This document shows, piece by piece, positions 47,701 through 57,567 of a stretch of DNA of 64,000 nt (the stretch's first letter is position 1; the number at the start of each line of letters is the position of its first letter). The stretch covers positions 1 to 64,000 of IMG/VR virus record IMGVR_UViG_3300013901_000008. One strand, given 5' to 3'. A program made the position numbers and the translations under genes. This DNA is from a virus. Taxonomy: Duplodnaviria > Caudoviricetes. The notes below the pieces were generated by a model. That model saw nothing but the letters and a program-made list of their open reading frames with translations. It searched no databases and was not told the origin of the DNA.

Positions 47701-50348
47701 TTTTGGAGTCCATCAATAAGTCGGACATCAAGGGATTGCATGATCTATTCGAGAAACTATCGGGCGATTTATCTCGTGAAAACAACAAAACCCTATCCGA
47801 AAACTTAGGTGCGCTCCTCGACCAAATCTTTGCCAACGGTACGGCTGCAATGCGTGAGGCAGCCGAGAAGCTTATCGCTCACCAGCGAGAAATCCAAAAG
47901 ATTCTCAATGAGAACGATTATACCGGTGCAGTGGATCGTAACACTCGCAGCAACTTCGACACCATCGGACTCCTGCATCCTGCCAAAGAGATCAATGCCG
48001 ACACCAAGGAGGGATTGAACCAGATGAACAAATCTTTCGATGCGCTCACCAAGAAAGCTCGCTCTACAGTTTCAGAACTCTACGAGCTGAATCCTGCAAG
48101 CGATACCTTCCGAGATAGCTTCTTGGAATACCTTTCTGTGGCTAACGATGGCTTTGATTTCACGGTATTGAAGACGCAAGAATTGAAAGCCCTATATTTG
48201 GAGCTTATCAAATACACGGATAACTATACCGATGCAGAGAAACGTAAATACGACCAGGCTAAAAAGATTGCAGACCAAGCCTGGAGCGTTAATCAGCGTA
48301 ATCTCGCTAACCAAGAGAAACTACGCAAGATACAGCAGGAAAGCAGTCTCTTTGGCAAGAGAACCAACCTTCTTTCTAATCTCGGTCTTGCCGACCTCAC
48401 AGCCGACCCAGAGGTGGAGCTGATGAAGATGAAGATGAAGATGGCGGAAGACTATTATGCTTTCGTCGCCAAGAACTCGCAGAATATGCAGCTTATCCGT
48501 GAGGCTGACCGTGCAAGGGAGGAGGCTGAACTTGCCTATGCCAACCAAATGGCTTCGGCGATGAAAGAACGTCTCTCGCAGATGCAGAGTCTTGTGCAGC
48601 CTATCGTTACCTTTGGTGGCGAAGTAGGTAAAGCATTTGCCGAGATGCGCAACGACGTATCGAGCGCACAGGAAGCTATCAAGAATGCCCTCAAATCCAT
48701 GTTGGAGAGTTGGGGCAACATGGCTCTCAACGATGTAAACACGCAGATGTGGAAAGCCATTAACGATGCGGGAGCCAAGCGAGGTAAGAAAAACGCACAG
48801 CCTACCATCAATGCAGCTCGTGCCAATGCCGAGGCAAATACTCCTACTATCAAGGAGAACTTGACCGACATCGGCACAAAAACTAACCCGATGTATGTGC
48901 GGCTTGTGGACGAGGGTGCGCCTTACGTAACACAGCAGCCTCAATCCAGCTTCGAGAATATGCCAGTACAGCAGCAGCCTGTGGGCTGGAATCCAGACGG
49001 TTCGCCTAAGATGCCTAACGCTAGCTCGCCTATCGTTCCTCCTTACGCTCCTACCGATGCCCAGGGCAATCCTGTCGCTAACCAAGGAACGACCGAACAA
49101 AAAAACAATGTGCCTCATGCGTGGGCAAAGCGCAACAGAGACAATGCAGGTGCAGCTTATGAGGGCGCAGGCGATATGGCTGGCTCTGCCATCGCTGACG
49201 CAGCCACTGGCAATGGCAGCTCTTTCGCCAACGTAGCCGCTGGCATCGGTGGCAGTATCATCGGAGGCGTGATGAACATGGACTTCAATACCGGAGTCGG
49301 CAAGAAAGGCAAGGATGGTACCGATACCGATGCAGAACAGAAGAAGCAGCTCAAGAAAGAGAAGAAGCACCAAAAAGACCTTACCAAGGAGGTAAAGAAG
49401 GGCGCAAAGGATCGCTCCAGCGAGACTAAGAAAGGCGCGAAGGAAATTGTGCAGGCTACCGAGGAGGGTAATAATGAGCAGAGCAAGGGAACAGAGCTGA
49501 CACAGAAAGCTATCAGCACAGCCATTACTACTGGTCTTACTACCAACCTGGCAGCCAAGCGAGCCAACAACCAGGAAGTGGCAGCGGAAGATGCAGCCAT
49601 GGCGCAAACCGAAACTACCTTTTCAATCGTAGGTGCCATTGGTAAGTGCTTCGAGTTCTTGGGTCCTATCGCTGGCCCTATCGCCGCAGCAGTAGTGATG
49701 AGCACCCTTACTGGCTTGCTCAACTGGGCACTCTCTTCCGCCTTTGGCAGTAAGAAGAAGTCTTCTTCCTCTTCCACCAACACCAAGCTGGTAACAGGTA
49801 TGCTTACCTATGATTCGGGTAACGTTCAAGACTTGAAGCCTTTCGTCGCCGATAATGGCGAGGTATATTGGGCAAAGGAAGACGATGCGCCTAAGCAGGG
49901 TGGGGTACAGATGTTGTCGCAGCCTACAGCCACCACCATCAACGGACAGCCATCTCTGGTAGCAGAGAAAGGTCCCGAAATTGTGATTGGTCGAGAAACC
50001 ACCCATGCCATGATGATGAACAACCCTCAACTGTTGAAGGCTCTCGTCAACTATGACAGCAACTATTCAGGGAGAAACTCAGCACGCAGGGCATTTGATA
50101 ATGGCAACGTAGCCGATACCCTTGCAACAAGCTTGCAAGCAAGCAATGGTAATCTTTCGCCTGACGCGTCAGCGGCTGGCGACCTATTGGCAAGTAGTGC
50201 AGCGAGCAATGCAGCCCTCCTGCAAGCCGTCAATGCACTCCTGGAGCGATTGTCGCAGCCTATCAGCGCAAAGATTGATATGTATGGGCGTGGCAACCTC
50301 TATGATAGTATGACGAAAGCCAATCAGTTTATGAAGGGCAAATCATAA
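44781..50348 (+). CDS. tail tape measure protein
   Basis: 1855 aa, helical; LANIRKVT...DTRTS...ILEFAKRL TP901-type core; C-terminal LVAEKGPEIVI. Confidence 0.9.
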   Translation: MATAKKTQIVITANAAVAKKVMDELQQRIDGIKQKMQSLDMTLDKDKKEFKRLNKELVSYNSAVAQNITNTERIKKAINNLSGTSLKELRRALVAAKSELGKMSENSAGLGRARQNVKTLQDQIDKLTGTVRKNGSAWQTAMKNLVAYVGLFGAFNMLKQKLTDIINLNLKYSDSLANIRKVTNWSMDSVEQLSNRLSKLDTRTSLEGLTQLAYVGSRMGMGKYGVEGLAEFAKASDRVNVALKEDLGDDAMLILSKFVETMGEVEKHGGNVSDAFDAVSSSIFKLASTSTANGGNILEFAKRLTGLSKSAHITSDQLLGLASASDSLMLMPEVASTAFGKLITSLWTNYHEIEKMLGMQEDSLKGMMEKGQTMQALVKVLENVSDKNLSSMDEYFKEFGSDGQRLKSVVVTMAQNVDVLKSHLQESSEAYRDGTATAKEYAIQQQTAQAIIERANNMWEKAFVNPAGIDSVKEMAKVWYNFSKELTQSKPFLASVQLLFWELKKSVEAVLLVLPGMLAYLGTRGLVMAFSKLIPLITGLKATGIATFFSLLTASIKGSHIATLRLIVSWKQLSLAMKTNVIGLALSVVTSLGFALYDLFKNTEKAASSMQKFDKSFKGVQSAANSAVAELDAYYNAIKRAKKGSHEYQAAMQTYTEKFGVYFKGLKKENGIVQDLAASYRAAAKAIRAKIFLQMQEDDINKQYKPRVAWSLDKLDAYGKIAPKGFGADVLKGYEEDSRGKNMGTIITELAKRFGSKNVARVLASEKEGRNSAQVKKYYKDTLGDGTVHQYVKYEDLPTADQQLFRAIRYIRQSRSANNTLSGVKDKYSGVQKDIDEYLQSINGTNEVLGASGGDIGSGKGGGKGGHTDKGGNTDNKEKKLAETRANALIANIKAFYEEQKRKYLEWVTKMNADGEKISEGQQKQMIDYLDTRVQTVLGTAKKSIATLDDGWSRIKQTIDEDVMVFDDETSKELLESINKSDIKGLHDLFEKLSGDLSRENNKTLSENLGALLDQIFANGTAAMREAAEKLIAHQREIQKILNENDYTGAVDRNTRSNFDTIGLLHPAKEINADTKEGLNQMNKSFDALTKKARSTVSELYELNPASDTFRDSFLEYLSVANDGFDFTVLKTQELKALYLELIKYTDNYTDAEKRKYDQAKKIADQAWSVNQRNLANQEKLRKIQQESSLFGKRTNLLSNLGLADLTADPEVELMKMKMKMAEDYYAFVAKNSQNMQLIREADRAREEAELAYANQMASAMKERLSQMQSLVQPIVTFGGEVGKAFAEMRNDVSSAQEAIKNALKSMLESWGNMALNDVNTQMWKAINDAGAKRGKKNAQPTINAARANAEANTPTIKENLTDIGTKTNPMYVRLVDEGAPYVTQQPQSSFENMPVQQQPVGWNPDGSPKMPNASSPIVPPYAPTDAQGNPVANQGTTEQKNNVPHAWAKRNRDNAGAAYEGAGDMAGSAIADAATGNGSSFANVAAGIGGSIIGGVMNMDFNTGVGKKGKDGTDTDAEQKKQLKKEKKHQKDLTKEVKKGAKDRSSETKKGAKEIVQATEEGNNEQSKGTELTQKAISTAITTGLTTNLAAKRANNQEVAAEDAAMAQTETTFSIVGAIGKCFEFLGPIAGPIAAAVVMSTLTGLLNWALSSAFGSKKKSSSSSTNTKLVTGMLTYDSGNVQDLKPFVADNGEVYWAKEDDAPKQGGVQMLSQPTATTINGQPSLVAEKGPEIVIGRETTHAMMMNNPQLLKALVNYDSNYSGRNSARRAFDNGNVADTLATSLQASNGNLSPDASAAGDLLASSAASNAALLQAVNALLERLSQPISAKIDMYGRGNLYDSMTKANQFMKGKS

Positions 50349-50454
50349 GACTATCAAGGTAGGCCAAGGAAACTGACAGAAGAAAACTCATATTTTCTCT
50401 AATGTTATATAGATTTGTTGGTTTATTTATTTAAATTTATGTTGTTTTGTTTAG

Positions 50455-50487
50455 AACCGCTTCGTTGTGATAACGAGGCGGTTTTTC
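50455..50487 (+). terminator. intrinsic terminator after tape measure gene
   Basis: AACCGCTTCGTT GTGAT AACGAGGCGGTT followed by T-run. Confidence 0.7.
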
Positions 50488-50528
50488 TATTCCCCGAACC
50501 CCTCGCCTGGGGCAGATTTTTTGCAAAG

Positions 50529-51109
50529 GTGGGAAAAGTGGGAAAATACCCCGAACACCGTGTATAATTTTTGCACATTTGTAACTCGTTGATTTTTTGC
50601 ACTTTACAACATACCCTCGTGTCAAAAGTGGGAAAATATTGCGAAAATCGCTATTATATATAAAATTTTTCCGCAATTTTTTCTCCTCCCAAAAATCAAA
50701 ATCCCCCAACTCCAAACATAAAGTAGGTAGCATATACGGCTATACCGTAAACATCAAACAATCAGTTAGTTATGAGGATAAGTTAAGAAGCAGATATGGG
50801 CTGAAAACATAGATTTTTCGCCTATTTTTCTATATTTCTCAAAATATATTTTTACCATTGCGCTCCGTGTATTTAGAAAAAATAATTAAATTTTCCCACT
50901 TTTATAAGATAACTTGCTGAATTTGTGGTAGATAAGGGCAAAAATAAGTTGTACAAAGCGTGAACAATATATGAACAATGCGTGAACTTTACAAGCCTTC
51001 TAAAAATTTTCCCACTTTTGAAAATTGGGCATTCAAAACGATTTTCCCACTTTTCGAGAATTTTCCCACTTTTCAAAAACACATTTCCCACTTTTCCCAC
51101 TTTTCCCAC
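50529..51109. repeat. array of 10 TTTTCCCAC/GTGGGAAAA repeats, candidate second origin
   Basis: GTGGGAAAA at 50529, 50538, 50628; (T)TTTCCCAC at 50891, 51007, 51042, 51061, 51083, 51092, 51101. Confidence 0.75.
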
Positions 51110-51282
51110 TTTTGGGATTTCTTGGATTGTAAGTATATCCCAAATAACCGTTCGTTAGTATAAAAAGCATTAAAATATAGGTATATCAAATAAATAAATA
51201 TCCCAAATATTGCATATTTAAAATTTATTTCTTAATTTTGCACCCGAATAAGTATATATAGGTATATAACAATATCCGAGCT

Positions 51283-52404
51283 ATGTTTGAGGAAATATGC
51301 AGCATCTATGAGTCAGCCAAGGACGCACAAGGTCGCTTCGTAGATAGAGAGACAGGCGAGTGCATTCAGCAGATGTCTATCCGTGAGTTTTGTCTGACGG
51401 ATAGATGGAAGCCGCATGTGGAGCGATTAAGAGCGATGCGCCAGGAATATGGCGACAAGGCGAAGAAGATGCCCGAATATATCGAAACCAAGAAAATGTT
51501 GCCTGGAGCCACGTTGAGCGGTCTCTTCTCTCTCTACGAGGACGTGAGCCTTACCCACCCAGGGCAGATGGTGATGGTATCTCGAAGAGAGACCCACCTG
51601 AAGCAGCATACTGGCTGGCTCGCCATCGACATCGACTTGCAGGACAATGAGCAGCTTTCCAACTTCGAGAACATTAAGATGGTAGCTCGCTTCCGTCCGG
51701 AGATAGGCTTGCTGATGCGCTCCTGTTCGGGCACTGGATATTTCGGATTGGTTCGCTTGGCTTATCCAGATAAGCACAAGGAACAATTCAAAGCCTTGCT
51801 TCGAGATTACGCAGCCCTCGGCATCGTGCTCGACAAGCAATGTGGCAATATCGGACGAGTGCGCTTCGCATCCTGGGATGATGCAGCCCATATATATATC
51901 AATGAGAATGTGCAGCCATACCGAGGTATGCTAATGGATGAGCCGCAGGTGGTACCGCAAGCACAGAGAGGCTATTCGGGGAGTTATCCACAGCGTTATC
52001 CACAGTCGGGACAGAGTGGTATGTCGGAAATTCCGAACAACCACTCTTCGGGCTACAACCAGGAGGCAAGCAAGGCTTTTTGGAACGATCCTCGCACACA
52101 AGACCGATTGATAGAGCTGATGGTGAAGGCTCTCGTTGGCAGAGGCATCAATATCACCGAAAGCTATGACGAGTGGACCAAGTGCGGTTGGGCATTAAAG
52201 GCTCACCCTTACGGAGGACAGCTATTTCACGACCTTTCCGCTTGCAGCAAGAAATACAATTCGGCTCAAACTTCGCAAAAGTGGAGGCAGTTGGGTAGCA
52301 GTAATACGGTAACGTACAACTATCTGATTCACGCCTTCCGTCAGAACTTGGGCGATGCGGAATATCACGCCATCAAACAGCAGGTATGGAGAGAGCGAGG
52401 GTAA
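51283..52404 (+). CDS. VirE-N/BT4734-like primase-related protein with PriCT-2 domain
   Basis: KKMLPGATLSG, LAIDID, SCSGTG, DKQCGNIGRVRFASWD; YDEWTKCGWAL...FHDLS...KW. Confidence 0.8.
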   Translation: MFEEICSIYESAKDAQGRFVDRETGECIQQMSIREFCLTDRWKPHVERLRAMRQEYGDKAKKMPEYIETKKMLPGATLSGLFSLYEDVSLTHPGQMVMVSRRETHLKQHTGWLAIDIDLQDNEQLSNFENIKMVARFRPEIGLLMRSCSGTGYFGLVRLAYPDKHKEQFKALLRDYAALGIVLDKQCGNIGRVRFASWDDAAHIYINENVQPYRGMLMDEPQVVPQAQRGYSGSYPQRYPQSGQSGMSEIPNNHSSGYNQEASKAFWNDPRTQDRLIELMVKALVGRGINITESYDEWTKCGWALKAHPYGGQLFHDLSACSKKYNSAQTSQKWRQLGSSNTVTYNYLIHAFRQNLGDAEYHAIKQQVWRERG

Positions 52405-52463
52405 TGATGATTAAGAATTAATAATTAATGATTAATAATTAAGAATTGATAAAGTTATAGATT

Positions 52464-52757
52464 ATGAAGACTAAAAGAAGAATGCCGCAGCCTCCTAAAG
52501 GTAGTTGGCTCGACAGAAATGGACAGCGATGGATTAAAATATTCTTCGATGTGATGTCCGGTTTCGGGGGGGGTGAAAAGTTCCTTCGTCAGGTAGGTAT
52601 CGTATTCCCGATGTTTTTCAGTTTTGAGCTGGGGCAATATGTGATAGATATGGATGCCTGTAATCTTCAAGAGAAGATACAGGATAGCTATCCTACATTA
52701 AAGAGATACTCGAATCTGCATTTCGAGATAACGAGTAATAAAATCTTACAAAGATAA
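52464..52757 (+). CDS. hypothetical protein containing an in-frame G8 tract (52566-73)
   Basis: 97-aa ORF, GFGGGEKF. Confidence 0.6.
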   Translation: MKTKRRMPQPPKGSWLDRNGQRWIKIFFDVMSGFGGGEKFLRQVGIVFPMFFSFELGQYVIDMDACNLQEKIQDSYPTLKRYSNLHFEITSNKILQR

Positions 52758-52875
52758 ACGGAAAGAGCCATTGGTGGATATTTCACTGATATTTCACGGA
52801 TATTTCATGGATATTTCATGGTTGCTTCACATCCCCTGCTTATTTTGTGCGACAAAATTATAATACAAATTAAAT

Positions 52876-53406
52876 ATGAGAATAATAACAATAGTAGGTC
52901 CCAGTGGGGCTGGCAAAGATACGGTGGCAACGATGTTGTCTTCCATCCTTAATTACGAGGTGATATGCTCTTATACCACTCGTCCGATGCGTGAGGGCGA
53001 GGTGGAAGGCAGGGAGCATCACTTTGTAAAGCATTGTCCTTACCTTCCTGAAGATAAGGAAGTGTTGGCTTACACCCGATATGGCGACTACGAATATTGG
53101 ACGGAAGTGAAGCAAGTATGGGGCACCGTTATCTATGTTATCGACGAGAAAGGCTTGATGAACTTGATGGAGAAGTTTCCGAAAGCGGAAATCATCGCCA
53201 TCTATGTGTCGGCGAAGCCCGAAACCATACGCAAGAGAGGCATCGCCGATGAGCGAACAGACAGAGACCAGTATCGCATTAAGTTTGACATCAATAGCTA
53301 CGATTATTTTATCCCAAATAATCGTTCGATGTTTCATCTTTGGGATTGGGTCTCCTTTGTGGCAAAGAAGATACGTGAGCGGGAACTTGGTATTCCCTGC
53401 AAATAA
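52876..53406 (+). CDS. gmk: guanylate kinase-like NMP kinase
   Basis: GPSGAGKDT, SYTTRPMREGEVEGREHHFV. Confidence 0.85.
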   Translation: MRIITIVGPSGAGKDTVATMLSSILNYEVICSYTTRPMREGEVEGREHHFVKHCPYLPEDKEVLAYTRYGDYEYWTEVKQVWGTVIYVIDEKGLMNLMEKFPKAEIIAIYVSAKPETIRKRGIADERTDRDQYRIKFDINSYDYFIPNNRSMFHLWDWVSFVAKKIRERELGIPCK

Positions 53407-53474
53407 GTAGGGATGCCGAATAAGCAAATGAATGATATACCGACTCAATAATAAGTTAAAATATACGATAAGAA

Positions 53475-54371
53475 ATGAAAATGATTATTCCAGGCGTGGA
53501 GTGGTGGCCGCAGAAGACCGCTGCACAGCAAATCGCCAAAGTGGGCAGAATCTGCTACAAAAGCAAAGGCAAGGAGCCTGATGCAGATATGCCCGAAGAC
53601 AAGAAAGAAGAGTTTCTTGAGGAACAGGCTACCGAGCTTTCCAACCGATTTTGGAAGAGTGGGCATCGTTCGACGTATCGCCATGGCACGCTCTATTTCT
53701 TCATCAAGAACAGTAACCAGCTACCAAGGGACGTTTGGGCTTTCTTAGTTTCATCACCCTACATTAACTATAATGTAAAGGATCGCAAAGTGTGGATTTC
53801 TGCCAATATGCAGTTTCTTTGCGAGCATGGCAATGTGCTCCAGATGCTTTCTCCCTACAATGTCAAGGAAGAGGAGTTTATCGAGAAGGCGAAGAAATAT
53901 GATTACTTGGAGGCTCTTTGGCTCCTTCGTATGACGATGGTGGTAACTACCCAGATAAGCACCAGCCGAGAGCTGAACCGTACATCGCCTAACTGCATCA
54001 GCGAGCAGAGCACTCGCTATGTGAATATGGAGAAAAAGGGTGGCGTGCAGATAGCCAAGCCTCACTGGTATCATGATGGTAGTCGATGGCAGAAGTTTCT
54101 CTTCAAGCTTAGCTGCAAGGTGAGCGAGTGGGCATATTTGCGATTGCTGAAGAGCGGAATGAAGCCGCAAGATGCAAGGGGTGTTCTTCCGCTAGACTGC
54201 TATACGGTGGTGGCTTATACCTACGACCTCACCGAGTGGAAACATATCCTGGACCTTCGATTCCATGAGACCACTGGCAAAGCTCATCCTAACGCTAAGA
54301 TGATAGGTACTTTGATACATAATATCATCGTGGAACGTATGCAGCAGTACATTTCAGATTTTAAGATATAA
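53475..54371 (+). CDS. thyX: FAD-dependent thymidylate synthase
   Basis: GRICYKS, SGHRS, SRELNR, SEQSTRY, QDARGVLP, LDLR, AHP. Confidence 0.9.
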   Translation: MKMIIPGVEWWPQKTAAQQIAKVGRICYKSKGKEPDADMPEDKKEEFLEEQATELSNRFWKSGHRSTYRHGTLYFFIKNSNQLPRDVWAFLVSSPYINYNVKDRKVWISANMQFLCEHGNVLQMLSPYNVKEEEFIEKAKKYDYLEALWLLRMTMVVTTQISTSRELNRTSPNCISEQSTRYVNMEKKGGVQIAKPHWYHDGSRWQKFLFKLSCKVSEWAYLRLLKSGMKPQDARGVLPLDCYTVVAYTYDLTEWKHILDLRFHETTGKAHPNAKMIGTLIHNIIVERMQQYISDFKI

Positions 54372-54432
54372 TTCTTTCCAATTTGAAAAAGATTGGAAAA
54401 TATTACAATAGATAGAAAATAACGCAAATAAA

Positions 54433-54822
54433 ATGGCAAATATTACAATGAATGAATATCAGGAAAAGGCAATGTCAACTTGCCTTCCTGAAAGCGACAA
54501 TCTTTTTTATATGTTGGCTAACCTTGCAGGTGAGGTTGGCGAGTTTGCATCCAAGGCTGGTAAGCACATGCGCAAGGGCAAACTTCATATCACAACCATC
54601 GAGAGAGACGAGGAAGGCCATATCCGCCATACCCAGGTATGGAATGTAACCGACGAAGAGCGAAAACTGATGCTTTCTGAAATCGGCGATATTCTTTGGC
54701 AGACCGCTGGCTTGGCTCATGTGATGGGCGTATCGCTCGAAGATGTGGCAGAAGAGAACTTGGCTAAGCTCGCTTCTCGTAAGCAACGCAATGTAATAGC
54801 TGGAGAAGGAGATGAACGCTAA
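54433..54822 (+). CDS. MazG-like nucleoside triphosphate pyrophosphohydrolase
   Basis: YQEKA, LAGEVGE, EIGDILW, NLAKLASR. Confidence 0.88.
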   Translation: MANITMNEYQEKAMSTCLPESDNLFYMLANLAGEVGEFASKAGKHMRKGKLHITTIERDEEGHIRHTQVWNVTDEERKLMLSEIGDILWQTAGLAHVMGVSLEDVAEENLAKLASRKQRNVIAGEGDER

Positions 54823-54983
54823 TGCCACGCCGTATCAATAAAGATTGCCCATTCACAGCCGAGGAAATCGACGAGTTTCACGCTATGCTTTATAGCGTGA
54901 ATTGCTCGTTCAATTGTGCGAACCCAGCACCTGCATCTTGGCTAAAGGGCTATCAAAACCATCATAGTCGGACGAAAGGATAA
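54822..54983 (+). CDS. small hypothetical protein (53 aa, not in ORF track)
   Basis: TAATG overlap with the MazG stop; MPRRINKDCPFTAEEIDEF... Confidence 0.45.
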   Translation: MPRRINKDCPFTAEEIDEFHAMLYSVNCSFNCANPAPASWLKGYQNHHSRTKG

Positions 54984-55072
54984 ACTTTCTATAAGGGCTA
55001 TTATGGTAAATAGAGGATTTATAGAGTAAAAATCGGGGTGTCTTCGGGCATCCCCACCAATAGGAAATAACT

Positions 55073-56074
55073 ATGTCGAAGAACAATAAAAAGAATAAAA
55101 ACAAGCAGGAAGCCAAACAGGAGGCAGAGGCAAGACGTGAGGCGAAAATCAAGATGCAGCCTACTTGCTATACCTTCAACTTCAAAGATGTACCTATCGA
55201 GACGTATGCCAAGACGTTGGATCTCCTTTTCCACGACCCCGACTTCGTGGAAATGGTTCAGAAGCGCAACAACCTGGTGAATACCGCCGCGCGTATCAAT
55301 CCGCTTTCGGCTGAAATGCAAAACTTGGTACGTACTATCCAGCAGCGAGACCGCAAGTTGGCTGATATGCTCTTTGCCATCTTGGTGCAGAGCAACCTTC
55401 GCTCGGAGGTAACGTTCGATTTCCTCTCGTTCAATCACCTACTGCAGTATTATGTAGATTATAGCAAGGAAGGTATGCAAGAGCGAGTAAACAAACTATC
55501 CGCCAACCTGGATAAAATGACGTTTTTGGCTGATATGCTGGAGTCATTGCTGACCGACATCAAGGCAGATATGCGAGATGTATTCGGCGGTGGCATCGAG
55601 TTTAACCAGTTTGATGCAGTGGCACAGGTGATGCAGCAGCTTCGAGGTTATTTCAATTCGGCTCGCTCCAAGGATGATAGTAGTCCGGAAGCCCAGTTGT
55701 ACTTCGACTATGCGGATAGCATCAACGAGTATCTGGATAAGCGATTGAAGACCTACAGCGACAAATATCGCAAACTGAAGCCGATGATACCATCTTACAC
55801 CAAGGAGCAGATGGTGGAAGCCATCAATCTCTTCTTTGGTACCAAGGATAAGTTTGATGAAACCTACATCGGTCATACAGAGAATGGCGGTTGCTATATC
55901 GACGCTGTGCGCCTCGCCTTCAATCTCTCGCCAAGCGAGACCAAGCTTCTCGATGATGTGATGAAGAAAGCCAAGTGCAAAGTGGATGCCACCAAGGATG
56001 CGCTCAACTACTCTCTCCAGGTATCAGATGCCATCATGCTCTGCTATAAGATGAGCAAGAAGCCGAAGAAGTAA
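55073..56074 (+). CDS. hypothetical helical protein
   Basis: 333-aa ORF. Confidence 0.75.
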   Translation: MSKNNKKNKNKQEAKQEAEARREAKIKMQPTCYTFNFKDVPIETYAKTLDLLFHDPDFVEMVQKRNNLVNTAARINPLSAEMQNLVRTIQQRDRKLADMLFAILVQSNLRSEVTFDFLSFNHLLQYYVDYSKEGMQERVNKLSANLDKMTFLADMLESLLTDIKADMRDVFGGGIEFNQFDAVAQVMQQLRGYFNSARSKDDSSPEAQLYFDYADSINEYLDKRLKTYSDKYRKLKPMIPSYTKEQMVEAINLFFGTKDKFDETYIGHTENGGCYIDAVRLAFNLSPSETKLLDDVMKKAKCKVDATKDALNYSLQVSDAIMLCYKMSKKPKK

Positions 56075-56137
56075 GCCGCCCCCTCATTCTTCATCATAAA
56101 TTATAAATTATTCATTATAAATTATAAATTATTCCTC

Positions 56138-56869
56138 ATGCCGAACATATACCTTCGCCTCCCCACGTCTCGATGCCAGTTCTTCAGACACCGAGACCCG
56201 AACTACATCTTGCAGCGAGAAGAGCCTGTGATATTCAATGCTTATACCCACGAGCATTTCATTATGCGCAATTCGCTCATCAACGCCCCTGCCCGAAGCA
56301 ACCGCATCGACATGGCTTGCTTCTCGCAACAGCAATGGTGCAATATGCTGGTGGGCAAGCATCCAGCAGGAGGCAAGGCTATCGTGACACGCGACGAGCG
56401 AAGCTGGCTCACCTATAACGAGGTACAGCGACTCAATGGTCGTAAGGACATTGCCAAGGGTGTCAACGAGGATTATCTTTGCATTCGCCTGCCCAGCGAA
56501 GTGGAGATAGTAGATACCGTCTATCCCGTGAAGCCTACCTTCAATCTCGATACCCATGGCATCAGAGCATTGGTTGTGTCGCTCAACAATGAGTTTAAGC
56601 GCAGCTTGGTAGAATGGGCTTTATCTACCTTTGATTTTTGCACGTCAAGAGGCAAGGTTATCGCTCGCTCGCAGAACGCTATGCTGGAGCGGTATTTGAT
56701 GCGCTACGGTATCGAACCCAGCGAAGAGGAAAAATGCGTATTACGCCGTATCATTGGCAGATGGTTCCGCACCGAACACTGTTATTTCAAGGCTTACTCC
56801 TGTATGGATATGCAGTACGAGGATAGCCGAGATAAGGTAAAACGCATAGATGCGATACAGTGGGTATAA
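56138..56869 (+). CDS. hypothetical protein
   Basis: 243-aa ORF. Confidence 0.75.
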   Translation: MPNIYLRLPTSRCQFFRHRDPNYILQREEPVIFNAYTHEHFIMRNSLINAPARSNRIDMACFSQQQWCNMLVGKHPAGGKAIVTRDERSWLTYNEVQRLNGRKDIAKGVNEDYLCIRLPSEVEIVDTVYPVKPTFNLDTHGIRALVVSLNNEFKRSLVEWALSTFDFCTSRGKVIARSQNAMLERYLMRYGIEPSEEEKCVLRRIIGRWFRTEHCYFKAYSCMDMQYEDSRDKVKRIDAIQWV

Positions 56870-56943
56870 GTTTATTCATGTTATAATAGACGTTAATACG
56901 CAATATAAACAATGTTAAACTATTAAGAAATCAAGGAAACGAT

Positions 56944-57432
56944 ATGAAAATACCCGAAAGTTGTAGAGAAATATTTCTCGATGGCATCACGGATGCCTAT
57001 TTCTATTCGATGCAAGATAGCACCATCCCTATCCCATCCAGTATGCCACGTATCTTGCAGATAAATGGCTGCAAGTTTGCTGGCGAAGCCCTACATATCT
57101 CGTTGAGCGAGGGCGACAATTATGTGGTGGCGGATAGCATCACTGCCAAGCAGACATCTTCGGAGGCTGGCAATGGTACCGTCTTCTCGTTCGAGATAAC
57201 CGCCAATATCGAGGCTGGCAAGGAGAATATTGCCGAAATCAGTAAGAATATGCACGGAAAAGACTATTATATAGTCCTGCGGAAGCAAGATGATTCGCTC
57301 TATCTCTGTTATACGTTAGCCAACACCTTCGCTTTCGCTGACAGCAGGACACATCAAAACAATGCCGAAACGTGCAGCGTGACGGCTACCTGCAAGGCGA
57401 TGTCGGAGTATATCCCTATCACCATTGGATAG
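56944..57432 (+). CDS. hypothetical beta-rich protein, possibly a virion component
   Basis: 162 aa upstream of head genes. Confidence 0.65.
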   Translation: MKIPESCREIFLDGITDAYFYSMQDSTIPIPSSMPRILQINGCKFAGEALHISLSEGDNYVVADSITAKQTSSEAGNGTVFSFEITANIEAGKENIAEISKNMHGKDYYIVLRKQDDSLYLCYTLANTFAFADSRTHQNNAETCSVTATCKAMSEYIPITIG

Positions 57433-57495
57433 CTTGCAATCCCATTTTCAGATATATCTATATAAACTTTGTGGAAAAAATTCCATTGTTTCATT

Positions 57496-57528
57496 GCCCT
57501 GCCGACCGTGAGGTTAGCAGGGCTTTTT
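57496..57528 (+). terminator. intrinsic terminator (GTGA loop)
   Basis: GCCCTGCCGACC GTGA GGTTAGCAGGGC TTTTT. Confidence 0.75.
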
Positions 57529-57567
57529 CGTTTATATACATTCCTTATATCCCTTATATAGCCTATT

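Noticed and set aside
48321-49607. Long antisense ORFs (48321-49607, 21210-22304, 24400-25176, 57709-58497)
   Set aside because: Shadow frames opposite well-supported genes, with no motifs of their own.
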